A stretch of DNA of 64,000 nucleotides from an uncultured Chitinophagales bacterium (GCA_964490845.1 CAZBED010000003.1:194255-258254), one strand, 5' to 3'. Numbered from the stretch's first letter, positions 54,101 through 63,852 are shown. Numbers and translations are program-made. Notes: generated by a model from the sequence alone, not told the origin.

Positions 54101-57100
54101 GTTTCTGTTTTTATTCACCAGCACATAACTTATTTCAACGCCTCCTTTGTAATCGTCCTTTACAGCAAAAGAAAATGATTTTATCTCATTATACAACGAA
54201 ACCACTTTCTTGTCCAGCTGTTTGCCTTTAAAGGCAATTTCGATTACCGCAAAAGCATTCTGCATCGATGAGCCGATTTTATACCTGATATTTTCACCTG
54301 GCTTTACCGTGGTCTTCTCTACCTTAAAAAAAGCAAATGATTTCGGCGTTGGAGAAAGATCCGCTGCGGAAGAAACGGTAAACGTTTTCTTGAATTCGAT
54401 AGGCTGTCCGTTCTTATCCCTGCAGGAAAACTCTATCCTGTAGGCACCGCTCTTCAACGAAGCCGGTGATATAACAACTTCTTTTTGTTTACCGGTATTA
54501 AACACATAAGTATTTACCAAAGCATCTGTTTTCCAGTTGCTCATCATGTCTTCATTATCATACACCTCATACGGAAATAATTTATCATGTTCCTGTTTGG
54601 ACATGGAGAATTTATCAGGCTCATCCCATAGTCTGGCTTTCTTCGTTTGTGCCGGCTCCAGCAAACTATACACTTTAATCGTGACATCTGTTGGCTCGGG
54701 TTCTCCGTTTAAATTATTGGTGGAAATCGCAATCTTGTTTTCTGCCGCGCCATCCATATTGTCCGATACGGATAAATCTGCCTCTATGGCCAGATAACCG
54801 ACACGTACGGTAGTGACAGAGGAGTGTGTTTCACCATTTATGTCTACAACATCCGCGGTAACTTCATAATTAAAATATGGTTTATACATCTTGGAAATAG
54901 ATAAATCCGGAATGGCAGTAAAATCAATGGTAAAATTGCCATTGGCATCCGTGGCAGCAACTCCGGTTTTTATGATTTTTTCATTGGATGAAGGTAGCCA
55001 CGGCCTACGCCAACCCCACCAGCACCAGACCGGAAACTCAGCCACCCGCCGTACAGAATATTTTACTTCGGCATTATCAATATTGGCGCCGGAATAGGAG
55101 GCCGCTTTGCCGGTTACGGAAACCGTATCCTTTAAATTGAATGCTTTTCTTACGGGTTCAAAGGTGACCTCAAATTTCGGACGTTTATATTCTTCGACCT
55201 GCACGGACAGCGATCCAAAGTCTGTATTGATGGACATGCTGCCCATCAGACCGGAAGTCGGTGCGGTAAACATTCCGGTAAAGGAGCCAAATTCATTGGT
55301 GGTAAAATCCTGTGATTTTATCTCCTGATAGTTGACATCCCGGAACATTACCTTCATCTTCTGGTTCGGAAGTATCTTGTATGTTTCACCGTTCCGCTCA
55401 GTTAGAATACCTTTTACGAAAATTGTCTGGCCCGGACGATAAATGCTTCTGTCTGTAAACAGGTGCACCTGCCGCTGTGCCGCGGGATTTTCATTTCTTG
55501 GATAATAGTATTGGTAGTACGACTGCTCACTAGGCAGAAAGTCCTTATTGTAGGTAATATCAAACTGAAAATTTTCGCTATAATAACCGGAAGTTGGGTT
55601 GTCTGTTTTTTTCGAAACATAGCCAGAGGCATCTGTTGCCTGAGTACCTAATTCCACGCGGACATATTTTCTTGTTTTATAGTCGTAATTGTTCCTGTAA
55701 AATTTCACCTGAGCATTTTTCAGTGGCTCTCCTGTGTTTCTGTTCAGCACATACATTTCAAAATACTTCTCATTATTGTTGTTTTTTGTGACGTAACTAA
55801 TCTGTGAGGCAAATAATGTCTGATAAGCAATCGCTTCTTTTCCCGCACTGATGGAAAATGACGGATTTGTCGAAACCAGAATGGCATAATAGCCCGGCTG
55901 CAACGCATCTATTTTAATTTCTGTGGAGTGATCAATACAATCCGCCGCATCCGGTAACGCTACATTCCAGCTTCTTAACGGCTTAATGGCATTCAATCTT
56001 TTTACAACATCTTCCTTTGTTTCCTTTTCATTGATCGTGAAAATTTTATCTTTTTCCTTGTACCCAAGCGGAATGACTTTGAAATATGCCCTGCTAATAT
56101 TTTTATAAGACACCAACGCCTTGAATGGTTCATCCGGTACTACAGTTTGTTCGGATGTTAAAGAAAGGCTTTTATAAAAAATCGTTTCTTTTAGCGCATC
56201 ACAATTTTTCGCACCTTCCGAGCCGGGGTAATTTCGGATAGTTTCATTACAAATGCCCAATACTTCTTTTATTTCCTTGGCTATCTCTTCTCTGCTTTTG
56301 CCTTCCGGATGCTCATACAGGTAGTTAGCAAGTTCATAACTGATGACGGCCCCGGTATTGCATTTTACATATTCCGTACGGATGCGTCTTAGCGCTGACA
56401 GAAAAAGTGGTTCATTTTCTTCTTTATTATAATAATGTTCTTTTACATATTGAATGCGCTTCCAGTCAGCATCGGCCAGTTCATCCGGGGTATTTCCGGA
56501 TTTTAATTTAAACGCCAGCAATTGCTGGTATATCCTGAGCGCATTATAGCTTCCCGAGTTTGCATCCCTGTCATCCAGTTTAATCTTTACAAACTCGGTT
56601 GCGGTGGCAAAGTATTGTTTATCATCGATGGAGAAAGCATTGGATGGTTCTGCCAGATTACTCTTATCTTCATTAAAATAATCAATAGCACGGTGAGCGA
56701 GTAAATCATATAATGTGGGTCGGAAAATCTTGGATCCTTTTTCTTCCGTTAAAATATCCTTGTAATTTGTCAGTTTGGTTTGCTGAAGTAAAGCAGCATT
56801 TTCCAGTGAGCCGATATAACAGGAATTGATTTCCTTAAACAGGGTTTTTAAGTCCCATGTGCGGAAATCGTCACTCTGCTTTTCATCGGTTGTAGTTCTG
56901 TTGGAAAATTTCCATGTATTCTCATTAAAATACTGCCAGTACAGTTCTCCAAGAATACTCTGTAAAACGGCTTTGTCGGTTCCTCCGGATTGCAGGATTT
57001 CGTTTTTCAGTTCATTTACAATCTTCCACTCCGACTCTTCTTCGAGCGTCATCATATAGTTATACTTATGCAGCAATCCTTTTACTGTTTGGGTGGCGTT

Positions 57101-57286
57101 CTTATCCTTTCGGGCTTTAATAATAATGCTCTCCACAGATTTCAGTGCGTCTTTTGTCTTGCCCGACTGTTCTAATTTATCAACGGATTTCCAAAGGCTT
57201 TCATAGTTCGTTTGTGCCATAATTGACTGGTTTATCAGGATAAAAATCATGAGTAAGTATCCTGTTTTTTTAAGTTCGTGAATCAT
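51140..57286 (-). CDS. Bacterial alpha-2-macroglobulin family protein (about 2050 aa) with a CxEQ thioester motif
   Basis: Start set at ATG 57286 (MIHELKKTGYLLMIFILINQSIMAQ signal peptide). Has MG-domain-like repeats. Thioester motif YPFECAEQ, with the CAEQ codons at 52769-52780. Confidence 0.85.
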   Translation of the reverse strand: MIHELKKTGYLLMIFILINQSIMAQTNYESLWKSVDKLEQSGKTKDALKSVESIIIKARKDKNATQTVKGLLHKYNYMMTLEEESEWKIVNELKNEILQSGGTDKAVLQSILGELYWQYFNENTWKFSNRTTTDEKQSDDFRTWDLKTLFKEINSCYIGSLENAALLQQTKLTNYKDILTEEKGSKIFRPTLYDLLAHRAIDYFNEDKSNLAEPSNAFSIDDKQYFATATEFVKIKLDDRDANSGSYNALRIYQQLLAFKLKSGNTPDELADADWKRIQYVKEHYYNKEENEPLFLSALRRIRTEYVKCNTGAVISYELANYLYEHPEGKSREEIAKEIKEVLGICNETIRNYPGSEGAKNCDALKETIFYKSLSLTSEQTVVPDEPFKALVSYKNISRAYFKVIPLGYKEKDKIFTINEKETKEDVVKRLNAIKPLRSWNVALPDAADCIDHSTEIKIDALQPGYYAILVSTNPSFSISAGKEAIAYQTLFASQISYVTKNNNNEKYFEMYVLNRNTGEPLKNAQVKFYRNNYDYKTRKYVRVELGTQATDASGYVSKKTDNPTSGYYSENFQFDITYNKDFLPSEQSYYQYYYPRNENPAAQRQVHLFTDRSIYRPGQTIFVKGILTERNGETYKILPNQKMKVMFRDVNYQEIKSQDFTTNEFGSFTGMFTAPTSGLMGSMSINTDFGSLSVQVEEYKRPKFEVTFEPVRKAFNLKDTVSVTGKAASYSGANIDNAEVKYSVRRVAEFPVWCWWGWRRPWLPSSNEKIIKTGVAATDANGNFTIDFTAIPDLSISKMYKPYFNYEVTADVVDINGETHSSVTTVRVGYLAIEADLSVSDNMDGAAENKIAISTNNLNGEPEPTDVTIKVYSLLEPAQTKKARLWDEPDKFSMSKQEHDKLFPYEVYDNEDMMSNWKTDALVNTYVFNTGKQKEVVISPASLKSGAYRIEFSCRDKNGQPIEFKKTFTVSSAADLSPTPKSFAFFKVEKTTVKPGENIRYKIGSSMQNAFAVIEIAFKGKQLDKKVVSLYNEIKSFSFAVKDDYKGGVEISYVLVNKNRNYAGSQFIAVPYEDKSLRVEWLTFRDKLLPGQKEQWKIKISGPNKEKMASELLAGMYDASLDAFLPHSWSFYLPQSYYSGYLGAYTSNAFGQRVSSLYTSKDWNPYRELAFHNYDALNLFGLSLGGNYSYHRYLLSGAGMANVSTKAIKGEALMSDAAVAKEETGMPKSTPPPAPTEADNLAAPDAQKPADKKDARPTATFAPRTNLNETAFFLPQLQTDTEGNIILNFEMPEALTKWNFLGLAHTKDLNYQYFTKSIVTQKELMVTPNAPRFLREGDRLEFTTKITNLSDKNLSGKADLVLYDAVTMKEISTKIMEAVHGQYNTIGERDFAVEKGKNTAVSWTLQIPSGIDAITYKVVASAETFSDGEQATLVVLPNRMMVTETMPLWVRGQDKKSYTFDKLLNNKSTTLKHYNLTLEMSSQPVWYAVQALPYMMEYPFECAEQIFSRYYANTLATYIANQNPKIKTIFEKWKNTDALLSNLEKNQELKAVLLEETPWVRDAQNETEQKKRIALLFDLTKMADEQQKALKKLMQMQTPNGGFTWFPGMPDNRYITQHIVAGLGHLSRLEVLNVKENAEINDMLQKAVAYLDDRLTEDLVNIKKYDKDYQKNNHLYYSNIHALYAHSFFDYKIDEKNKEAYTYFLKQATEYWLNQDLYSKAMLALILQRNKEKSTADKVITSLKQNAINNEELGMYWKANETGGWYWYQAPVETQALLIEAFHEVANDNKSVDEMKVWLLKQKQTTSWKSTKATAEACYALLLQGKDWTKSDQLVQVSMNGKTIDPIALGATVEPGTGYYKISWKPEQIVPSMAKIELKKKDKGPAWGAVYWQYFEDLDKISGATTSLQLTKKLFREENTDEGKKLITITDKTPLQVGDVVKVRIELRTDRNLEYVHMKDMRAAGFEPVNVLSQYKYQDGLGYYESTKDVATHFFMDWMQKGVYVFEYSMRATIAGNFSNGITLIESMYAPEFKSHSKGERVTIVKK

Positions 57287-57311
57287 ATCGTTTTTTTTTA
57301 CCGGTGTATTT

Positions 57312-58289
57312 TTATTTTTCAGCGGGGGCATTCATTTCCATATATTTTTTTAGCCGCAGCGCAACATTTTCCCTGATATTGAGATAAAAAAGATTGTAGT
57401 CGAACAGGTGATAATTTTTAAACCCTAAGGATATAAATCCTCCGGACTCAGGTTTCTGGATTTCCAAGACGCCATTCCCGCATCTGGCGCCGCATACATT
57501 TGTATACAATTCATCAGATTTTCTGGAAACACTGCCCAGATTATAATTTGCGAAAACAAATGTTTTATCTCTGGTCCAGCTCAACGGATTCACCACCACG
57601 GCATTGTTATATTCCGTCATCCAGTCTATTTTGGCATCCATCCCAAATGTGCAATATGAAATATAACCACCAAATGTATCTGCCTTCTCAGACACCTTCA
57701 GAAACTGAAACTGATCTTCTTTGGTGGGGTAACCGATAATATAAGCCTCCACCAGTTGTTTTTGAAGAGGGGTGCCGTCAAAAAACTCACGCAAGAGGCG
57801 CTGTGCATGCATGCTACCCTGTGAGTGCCCTGCAATAATGATGGGCCTGCCTTTATTATAATTTTTCAGATAATACTGAAACGCTTCCCTGATATCCTGA
57901 TAGGCAAAATCAAAGGCATCTTTAGAGCGTTGCGAATTTTTGGAAAAGAAATTATTCAACGCCGCCTGACGATAGCGCGGCGCATATACCTTACAGCTCC
58001 CGTTAAAAACACTTGCCTGATATTTTACCGGCAGGTTATCCGTCTGATTGTTAATCGCATTGTTTTCTATGTTCGCATTGCCCTTGAACCCGGTCAGGTC
58101 TGTCGTCGGATGTATGTAAAAAACATCCGCTATTGCGCTGTCCTGATTGTCGCTCAATCCCTTTGGTGTCCAATCGGCATTATCTTTCATATCAGGTAAC
58201 GCCGCCCAGTTTTCCGAACTGGAATAATCCACCGCAAATCCCTGCGCAAAGGAAGATAAGAAGAAGAAAATCTGAATACAGTACCGCAT
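57312..58289 (-). CDS. Secreted alpha/beta-hydrolase, DUF3089-like (GHSQG nucleophile elbow)
   Basis: Signal peptide. Motifs VFYIHPT, VYAPRYRQA and IIAGHSQGS match my memory of DUF3089. Confidence 0.7.
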   Translation of the reverse strand: MRYCIQIFFFLSSFAQGFAVDYSSSENWAALPDMKDNADWTPKGLSDNQDSAIADVFYIHPTTDLTGFKGNANIENNAINNQTDNLPVKYQASVFNGSCKVYAPRYRQAALNNFFSKNSQRSKDAFDFAYQDIREAFQYYLKNYNKGRPIIIAGHSQGSMHAQRLLREFFDGTPLQKQLVEAYIIGYPTKEDQFQFLKVSEKADTFGGYISYCTFGMDAKIDWMTEYNNAVVVNPLSWTRDKTFVFANYNLGSVSRKSDELYTNVCGARCGNGVLEIQKPESGGFISLGFKNYHLFDYNLFYLNIRENVALRLKKYMEMNAPAEK

Positions 58290-58377
58290 AACCGTTTTTA
58301 TTTTCTACAACGCAAATTACATGCCTTTTGTATTCATGAATCAGAAATTTACAAAAAATTATGATGCTTCTAAAGGA

Positions 58378-61053
58378 TTAAGCATCCCCCCCGAGCCTAA
58401 ATCCCAATTGCTTCTTCAGTGTATTTCCCTGATATACGAATTCCTCCACATCCTCCAGAATCATGGTATACATATCCTGCTGATTACGGAGCGAAGCAGG
58501 TATATCCGCCATTCGCAGATGCTGGTTCTTTATCGCTTCATCTATTGTCTGACGAACGGTACGCGCATTGCCGAAAAACTTATCTCTGTATTTGTACAGG
58601 TTATCAAAATAACGGAGCAGGTGGTTTTTTGCCTCTTCATTGGCCGACAGGGTTTCTCTTTTCAGATACCAGTCTGCCATCAGCATCATTTGCTCCGGCG
58701 TATAATCTTCGAAATGGAGTTTCTTATCAAAACGGGAATTTAAGCCTGGATTAGACCTGAGAAAGGCGTTCATATTATCTGTATATCCGGCTGCGAACAC
58801 AACAAGTTGTCCGCGTAAATCTTCCATCCGCTTGAGAATTGTTTCAATCGCTTCTTTTCCAAAATTATTAGACGAGTCAGACTCTGCCAGCGCATATGCT
58901 TCATCGATAAATAAGACACCCCCCAAGGCCTCCTCCACTTTCTCATTTGTCTTGATGGCTGTCTGCCCTACATATCCCGCAACCAGGCTTTCCCTGTCTA
59001 CTTCTACCATATGCCCGCGTTCCAGAATACCAAGGGCTTTCAGCACTTTCCCCATAATACGGGCGACCGTCGTTTTGCCTGTTCCTGGATTGCCTGTAAA
59101 AACAGTATGCAACGAGAGTTTGTTCAGCACATCTTTTCCAATGTCATTATAATATTTTATCAGCTTCACCAGTTCATCGATTTCGGATTTTACATTATCC
59201 AGCCCAATCATCTGATTCAATTCCGCTAAAGCGTCATCCAATTCCGCAGCGTTGATGGTAAGTTTCAGCGCCTTGCGTTTTCCGGCTTCAAAGACCTTAA
59301 CCACATCTTCGAGTGTAATGGTTGTAAGCTGCTCTTTGGTTAATGATTTCTGATCCGGGATATTCATTAAACGCAAAGCCATGTTCATCTTTGACTTATT
59401 AATAACCCCTTCCACAAACCGGGCATTCCCGAAGTTTTTATCCCGGTTTCTGTACGCCTCGGTGAGTTCTTCTTTCAGTACCTTCTGCGCCGGTGCATCC
59501 AGTGTGAGTTTAAGTTTCTCCGCGATATATAACCCTATGGAAAATAAATCTTCTGGCAGATAATCTTCAAACGTAAAATACTGAGAGAAGCGCGACTTCA
59601 ATCCGGGATTGGATTCGATGAACGCCTTCATTTCTTTCGGATAGCCTGCAACAAAGATGGCTATATCTCCTGGTCCGTCGCTCATTTCCTTTATCAATAA
59701 CTCTACCACTTCCTTGCCATAGTCGCGGCTGTCTTCTCCGCTGCGTGCAAGGGAGTAGGCCTCATCAATGAATAAGATACCGCCCCTTGCCTCATCTATT
59801 TTCTTTTGTGTTTTAGGTGCTGTCTGTCCAATAAATTCGCCCACCAGATCCACACGGTCCACCTCCAGAACATGCCCTCTGCTGAGCAGGCCGAGTTTAT
59901 GATAAATCTTGCCGAGCAAGCGCATCACTGTCGTTTTGCCGGTACCCGGATTACCGATGGCCACACTATGCAGTGAGAAACCGGTATCATTCACGACACC
60001 CTGTTCTTTCATCAGTTTATTAAAATTTATCAGGGTAATCTGGTCGTGTATATATTTTTTGACCTGTTGTAATCCCACCAGTTTGTCCATCTCCTGCAAC
60101 AGCTCTTCCAACGATTTATCATCATATTTTGACGAAACATCGTTTTCATTTTTTGCCGCCGCCATTGCCACAGGAAGAGTTGTTCCGTTTGTCATTTCCA
60201 ATTCTCCCTCCTGAAACTCTTCTCCACACTCGAATACAGCGGCGGCCACCAAAACATCCATAAATACCAGTTCCAGCGTATATTTATCATCTTTCCAGGA
60301 GCCGCCATCGTCTGTTCCCCAGCCTATATCAAACGTATAGGTCCATTCCTTTTTTCCTTCCGGTATCCTTCCCAGCCTCGTGATGACGGCCTTGTGCTGC
60401 CCGGCATCGTCGTAATAATTCAGGAACAGTTCGTAATTCCAATCCAGGTTAGTGAGGTTTACAATCTTCACTTCCGCCCAAAGAAATCTTGTATCCTGTC
60501 GGGAAATCTTATTGTAATATACTCTGCTTCCGGGATCCTGTTTCCAACCGTCTGATTCTCCATTGTATAATTTTATACTCTCCACCGCAAAATAGGGATT
60601 AGACTGAAGTGAAACCCTTCCTACTTCATTAATGAAGAATGCCTGTGTACCAACCAGTACATTATCTATATAAGCTTCCCACACATAGCTTCCCTTCAAC
60701 CAGTAAGCAGCCGTCTCTTTATTGCCCCAGCCATCTCGGACGAATAAAATGTTTTCATCTTTCAGAACATCTATATCCTTATCCAGGCTACAGAGCTCTT
60801 CTCTCTTGTTCCCGCTAATATCTATCGCTTTCAGTGTTACTTTGCATTTCCAGTCTTCTTCATCAAACAATTTATTGTAAAAAGCCAGTTCGCAACGTAT
60901 ATAGGTTGTTTCTGCCCGATCAAAAACCGTACGGTATTTTTTAGTGGAATTCGCCATCCATTCATCTGAAGCATAGGTCAGCAGACTCTTAAATTTATAC
61001 TTCACGAAGTTTTTATCGGATGACTTATTCGTATCGTTATTACCGAAAAACAT
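58378..61053 (-). CDS. Double AAA+ ATPase (two CbbX/SpoVK-type modules) with a duplicated N-terminal domain
   Basis: Two Walker A motifs GNPGTGKTT (59929-59955 and 59068-59094), each followed by ILFIDEAY/VLFIDEAY (Walker B) and a GNARxV sensor region. There are two ~120-aa N-terminal repeats and no signal peptide. Confidence 0.85.
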   Translation of the reverse strand: MFFGNNDTNKSSDKNFVKYKFKSLLTYASDEWMANSTKKYRTVFDRAETTYIRCELAFYNKLFDEEDWKCKVTLKAIDISGNKREELCSLDKDIDVLKDENILFVRDGWGNKETAAYWLKGSYVWEAYIDNVLVGTQAFFINEVGRVSLQSNPYFAVESIKLYNGESDGWKQDPGSRVYYNKISRQDTRFLWAEVKIVNLTNLDWNYELFLNYYDDAGQHKAVITRLGRIPEGKKEWTYTFDIGWGTDDGGSWKDDKYTLELVFMDVLVAAAVFECGEEFQEGELEMTNGTTLPVAMAAAKNENDVSSKYDDKSLEELLQEMDKLVGLQQVKKYIHDQITLINFNKLMKEQGVVNDTGFSLHSVAIGNPGTGKTTVMRLLGKIYHKLGLLSRGHVLEVDRVDLVGEFIGQTAPKTQKKIDEARGGILFIDEAYSLARSGEDSRDYGKEVVELLIKEMSDGPGDIAIFVAGYPKEMKAFIESNPGLKSRFSQYFTFEDYLPEDLFSIGLYIAEKLKLTLDAPAQKVLKEELTEAYRNRDKNFGNARFVEGVINKSKMNMALRLMNIPDQKSLTKEQLTTITLEDVVKVFEAGKRKALKLTINAAELDDALAELNQMIGLDNVKSEIDELVKLIKYYNDIGKDVLNKLSLHTVFTGNPGTGKTTVARIMGKVLKALGILERGHMVEVDRESLVAGYVGQTAIKTNEKVEEALGGVLFIDEAYALAESDSSNNFGKEAIETILKRMEDLRGQLVVFAAGYTDNMNAFLRSNPGLNSRFDKKLHFEDYTPEQMMLMADWYLKRETLSANEEAKNHLLRYFDNLYKYRDKFFGNARTVRQTIDEAIKNQHLRMADIPASLRNQQDMYTMILEDVEEFVYQGNTLKKQLGFRLGGDA

Positions 61054-61105
61054 GGAATTGCTTTTATGTAAAGCTATAAAATTATCGGCTATTCATCTCT
61101 ATTCG

Positions 61106-61113
61106 TATCTTTG
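61106..61113 (+). promoter_or_regulatory. -7 promoter box (TATCTTTG) for thiL
   Basis: TATCTTTG, with ATG 61118 following after 4 nt. Confidence 0.55.
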
Positions 61114-61117
61114 CACT

Positions 61118-62155
61118 ATGGAAAAAGCAAAAAGAACCGAAATCTCCTCTTTAGGCGAATTCGGACTGATAGACCGTTTGACACAAAACATACAATTATA
61201 TCACGCCTCTTCCAAAAAGGGAGCAGGTGACGACGCCGCTGTGATTCAGCCTGAGGAGACTCAGGTAGTCACCACCGATATTCTGGTGGAGGGCATCCAC
61301 TTTGATTTAGTATATACACCATTAAAACATCTGGGATATAAAAGTGTCATTGTTAATCTGTCAGATATATATGCCATGAATGCGCTACCGAAACAGATAT
61401 TGGTTTCTATAGCCATTTCTAACCGGTTTTCCGTAGAAGCGATAGAAGAAATTTATGAAGGAATGCGGTTAGCCTGTACTAAATATCAGGTGGATTTAGT
61501 GGGAGGAGATACCACCGCTTCACCAAAAGGGCTGATTATAAATGTAGTGGTTATCGGTGAACAGCAAGCAGAAAAGATAGTGTATAGGAATACAGCGAAG
61601 GAAGGTGATTTGTTGTGTGTTTCCGGAGATTTAGGCGGCGCTTATATGGGGCTTACCGTATTACAGAGAGAAAAACAGGTATTTCTGAACGCTCCGGATG
61701 CCAGCGTTGAATTAGAAGGCAATGATTACATAGTAGGTCGACAACTGAAACCGGAAGCCAGAAAAGATATTATCGAATTTTTTGCCGCTGAGAGTATCAT
61801 TCCGACAGCCATGATTGATATTTCTGACGGCCTGAGTTCTGAAATCCTGCATATCTGCAAACAAAGCAACGTGGGGTGTCAGCTGAATGAGGCGGCAGTT
61901 CCGATAGCTAATGAAACATACAACAAAGCACTGGAATTTAACATCGACCCTATCAACTGTGCACTAAGCGGAGGAGAAGATTACGAATTATTGTTCACGA
62001 TTCTTCCAAGTGATAAAAATAAAATAGACAGACATCCCGATATCAGCATTATCGGAGAGATACTGGATGCTAATCTTGGCGTAAAATTGTACACCAAAGG
62101 CGGTAATTACCATGACATCATTTCGCTGGGATGGGATGGCCTGAAAGATGAATAA
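61118..62155 (+). CDS. thiL: Thiamine-monophosphate kinase
   Basis: AIR-synthase-related fold. SLGEFGLIDRL, GDDAAVI and DISDGL motifs. Start at ATG 61118, downstream of the -7 box. Confidence 0.9.
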   Translation: MEKAKRTEISSLGEFGLIDRLTQNIQLYHASSKKGAGDDAAVIQPEETQVVTTDILVEGIHFDLVYTPLKHLGYKSVIVNLSDIYAMNALPKQILVSIAISNRFSVEAIEEIYEGMRLACTKYQVDLVGGDTTASPKGLIINVVVIGEQQAEKIVYRNTAKEGDLLCVSGDLGGAYMGLTVLQREKQVFLNAPDASVELEGNDYIVGRQLKPEARKDIIEFFAAESIIPTAMIDISDGLSSEILHICKQSNVGCQLNEAAVPIANETYNKALEFNIDPINCALSGGEDYELLFTILPSDKNKIDRHPDISIIGEILDANLGVKLYTKGGNYHDIISLGWDGLKDE

Positions 62156-62173
62156 CCACTTCAACCAACTATT

Positions 62174-62665
62174 ATGAATACAGCATCCATATTATTACAG
62201 ACTTTCAATGAAACCAGGAGCCTGACGCATTATTATTTCAACAAACTGAAAGATACGGATATCAATCGTTCGTTTAAAGTAAATGGCATTCAGCTCAATT
62301 ATCCGAAATGGCTGATGGCACATGTGACGTGGGCGGAACATTTTTTAATCATTGAAGCGTTAGGAGCTGAAAAAATTCCAGTGGAGTGGTTCGGCAAGGT
62401 TGCGTTCGGAACGCCAATGTGCCGACCGGAAGAATTGCCGGATATAGAAACAATCTTTGCTGATATGAAAAGCGTACATGATGCCGTCAATAGTTTTATC
62501 CCTGACTTATCGGATATGCAGCTGGAAGAAAAGAACGTACTGGGCATGAAATTTGGCCCGAACGAAAGCAAGCGGTATATGCTGATTCATGCTATCCGAC
62601 ATGAAGGCACCCATGCCGGACAATTAGGATGGTTGTGCAAAATTCATGGCATTAAAACAATGTAA
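62174..62665 (+). CDS. DinB-family (four-helix bundle, His-triad) protein
   Basis: 163 aa. His residues are spaced as in DinB (MAHVTWAEH ... HAIRHEGTHAGQ). Confidence 0.75.
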   Translation: MNTASILLQTFNETRSLTHYYFNKLKDTDINRSFKVNGIQLNYPKWLMAHVTWAEHFLIIEALGAEKIPVEWFGKVAFGTPMCRPEELPDIETIFADMKSVHDAVNSFIPDLSDMQLEEKNVLGMKFGPNESKRYMLIHAIRHEGTHAGQLGWLCKIHGIKTM

Positions 62666-62695
62666 CGGTTTGGTTGTTTTATAAACAGATAGACT

Positions 62696-63160
62696 ATGCC
62701 AACTTATTTAAAACTACTCATTTCAATTTCCGCTTGCTTGGCCGTCGGAGGTGTATCAGGATTTGTTACTGCAAATGAAATCCCCGGATGGTATGTAAAC
62801 ATCAACAAGCCGGTTTTTAATCCGCCGAACTGGATTTTCGGGCCGGTATGGACGGCATTATACATTCTAATGGGAATTGCCTTTTTTCTGATTTGGAAAT
62901 CCCCCACGCCCGCTAAAGAAAAAGCTTATCTGTTTTTTGCACTTCAGCTGGTATTGAATTTTTTCTGGTCAATTATTTTCTTTCGCCTTCATGCAGTAGG
63001 TTTTGCATTGGCAGAAATTATCATGATGTGGATATGCATCTTATTGACCATTGTTTCATTCTATCCGATATCGAAACCTGCCGCTTACTTACTGATACCA
63101 TATCTGCTTTGGGTAAGTTTTGCTTCTGTACTGAATTTTTCAATATGGCGGCTAAATTAG
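62696..63160 (+). CDS. tspO: TspO/MBR tryptophan-rich sensory protein
   Basis: 154 aa, five TM helices, Trp-rich motifs (PNWIFGPVWTALYILMGIA; LNFFWSIIFF). Confidence 0.9.
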   Translation: MPTYLKLLISISACLAVGGVSGFVTANEIPGWYVNINKPVFNPPNWIFGPVWTALYILMGIAFFLIWKSPTPAKEKAYLFFALQLVLNFFWSIIFFRLHAVGFALAEIIMMWICILLTIVSFYPISKPAAYLLIPYLLWVSFASVLNFSIWRLN

Positions 63161-63212
63161 TGCCTTCCGAAATTCAGGCATTCCATACTCACTTTCTTAT
63201 TATCTTTACAAT

Positions 63213-63830
63213 ATGTCGTTGATTTATTCCATTGACTTAGCCGGTACCTTTGTCTTCACCATCTCGGGTGCATTGGCAGCCAGCGACAAAAAACATCATC
63301 ACGATATTTTCAGTGTTTTCTTTACAGGATTCATCACCGCCATCGGGGGCGGTACCGTTAGGGATGTGACGTTAGGCGCCTATCCGGTGGCCTGGATCAA
63401 TGATATCAACTACCTGCTTGCCATTTTTGGCGGCGTATTGTTTACCTTTCTGTTCCGGCGTTATATTATCCGGATTTCCCGAACACTCAGCATCTTTGAT
63501 ACTGTGGGTATGGCTATTTATGTCGTTCTGGGTGTGCAGAAAAGTTTGGTGTTCGAAGTCAACCTAATGGCAGCCGTAATATTAGGCATGATATCCGGTA
63601 TTTTCGGCGGTGTCATTCGTGATACTTTACTCAATGAGATTCCTTTAATCTTCCGGAAAGAGTTGTATGCCACACCGTGTTTGCTCGGTTCGGCATTGTT
63701 CGTATTATTACATTTCTGGGGGGTGGAGGAGCAATTGAATTTTGTCCTGTCTGTCCTGTTTATCGTTGGGTTCCGCTTGCTGGCAACAAGATACCACTGG
63801 AGCCTGCCAACCCTTACCTTCAGAGAATAA
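63213..63830 (+). CDS. TRIC-type cation channel family protein (UPF0126/YadS)
   Basis: Two internal repeats, each with a glycine motif (GGGTVRDV and FGGVIRDT). Confidence 0.85.
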   Translation: MSLIYSIDLAGTFVFTISGALAASDKKHHHDIFSVFFTGFITAIGGGTVRDVTLGAYPVAWINDINYLLAIFGGVLFTFLFRRYIIRISRTLSIFDTVGMAIYVVLGVQKSLVFEVNLMAAVILGMISGIFGGVIRDTLLNEIPLIFRKELYATPCLLGSALFVLLHFWGVEEQLNFVLSVLFIVGFRLLATRYHWSLPTLTFRE

Positions 63831-63852
63831 AAGAAACGTATTCCTGCTCTTT

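Noticed and set aside
58378-61053. Calling the AAA+ protein a Rubisco activase (CbbX) or a sporulation protein (SpoVK)
   Set aside because: Only the ATPase modules resemble that clade. There are no Rubisco or sporulation genes nearby, the lineage is Bacteroidota, and the protein has two modules plus a novel N-terminus.
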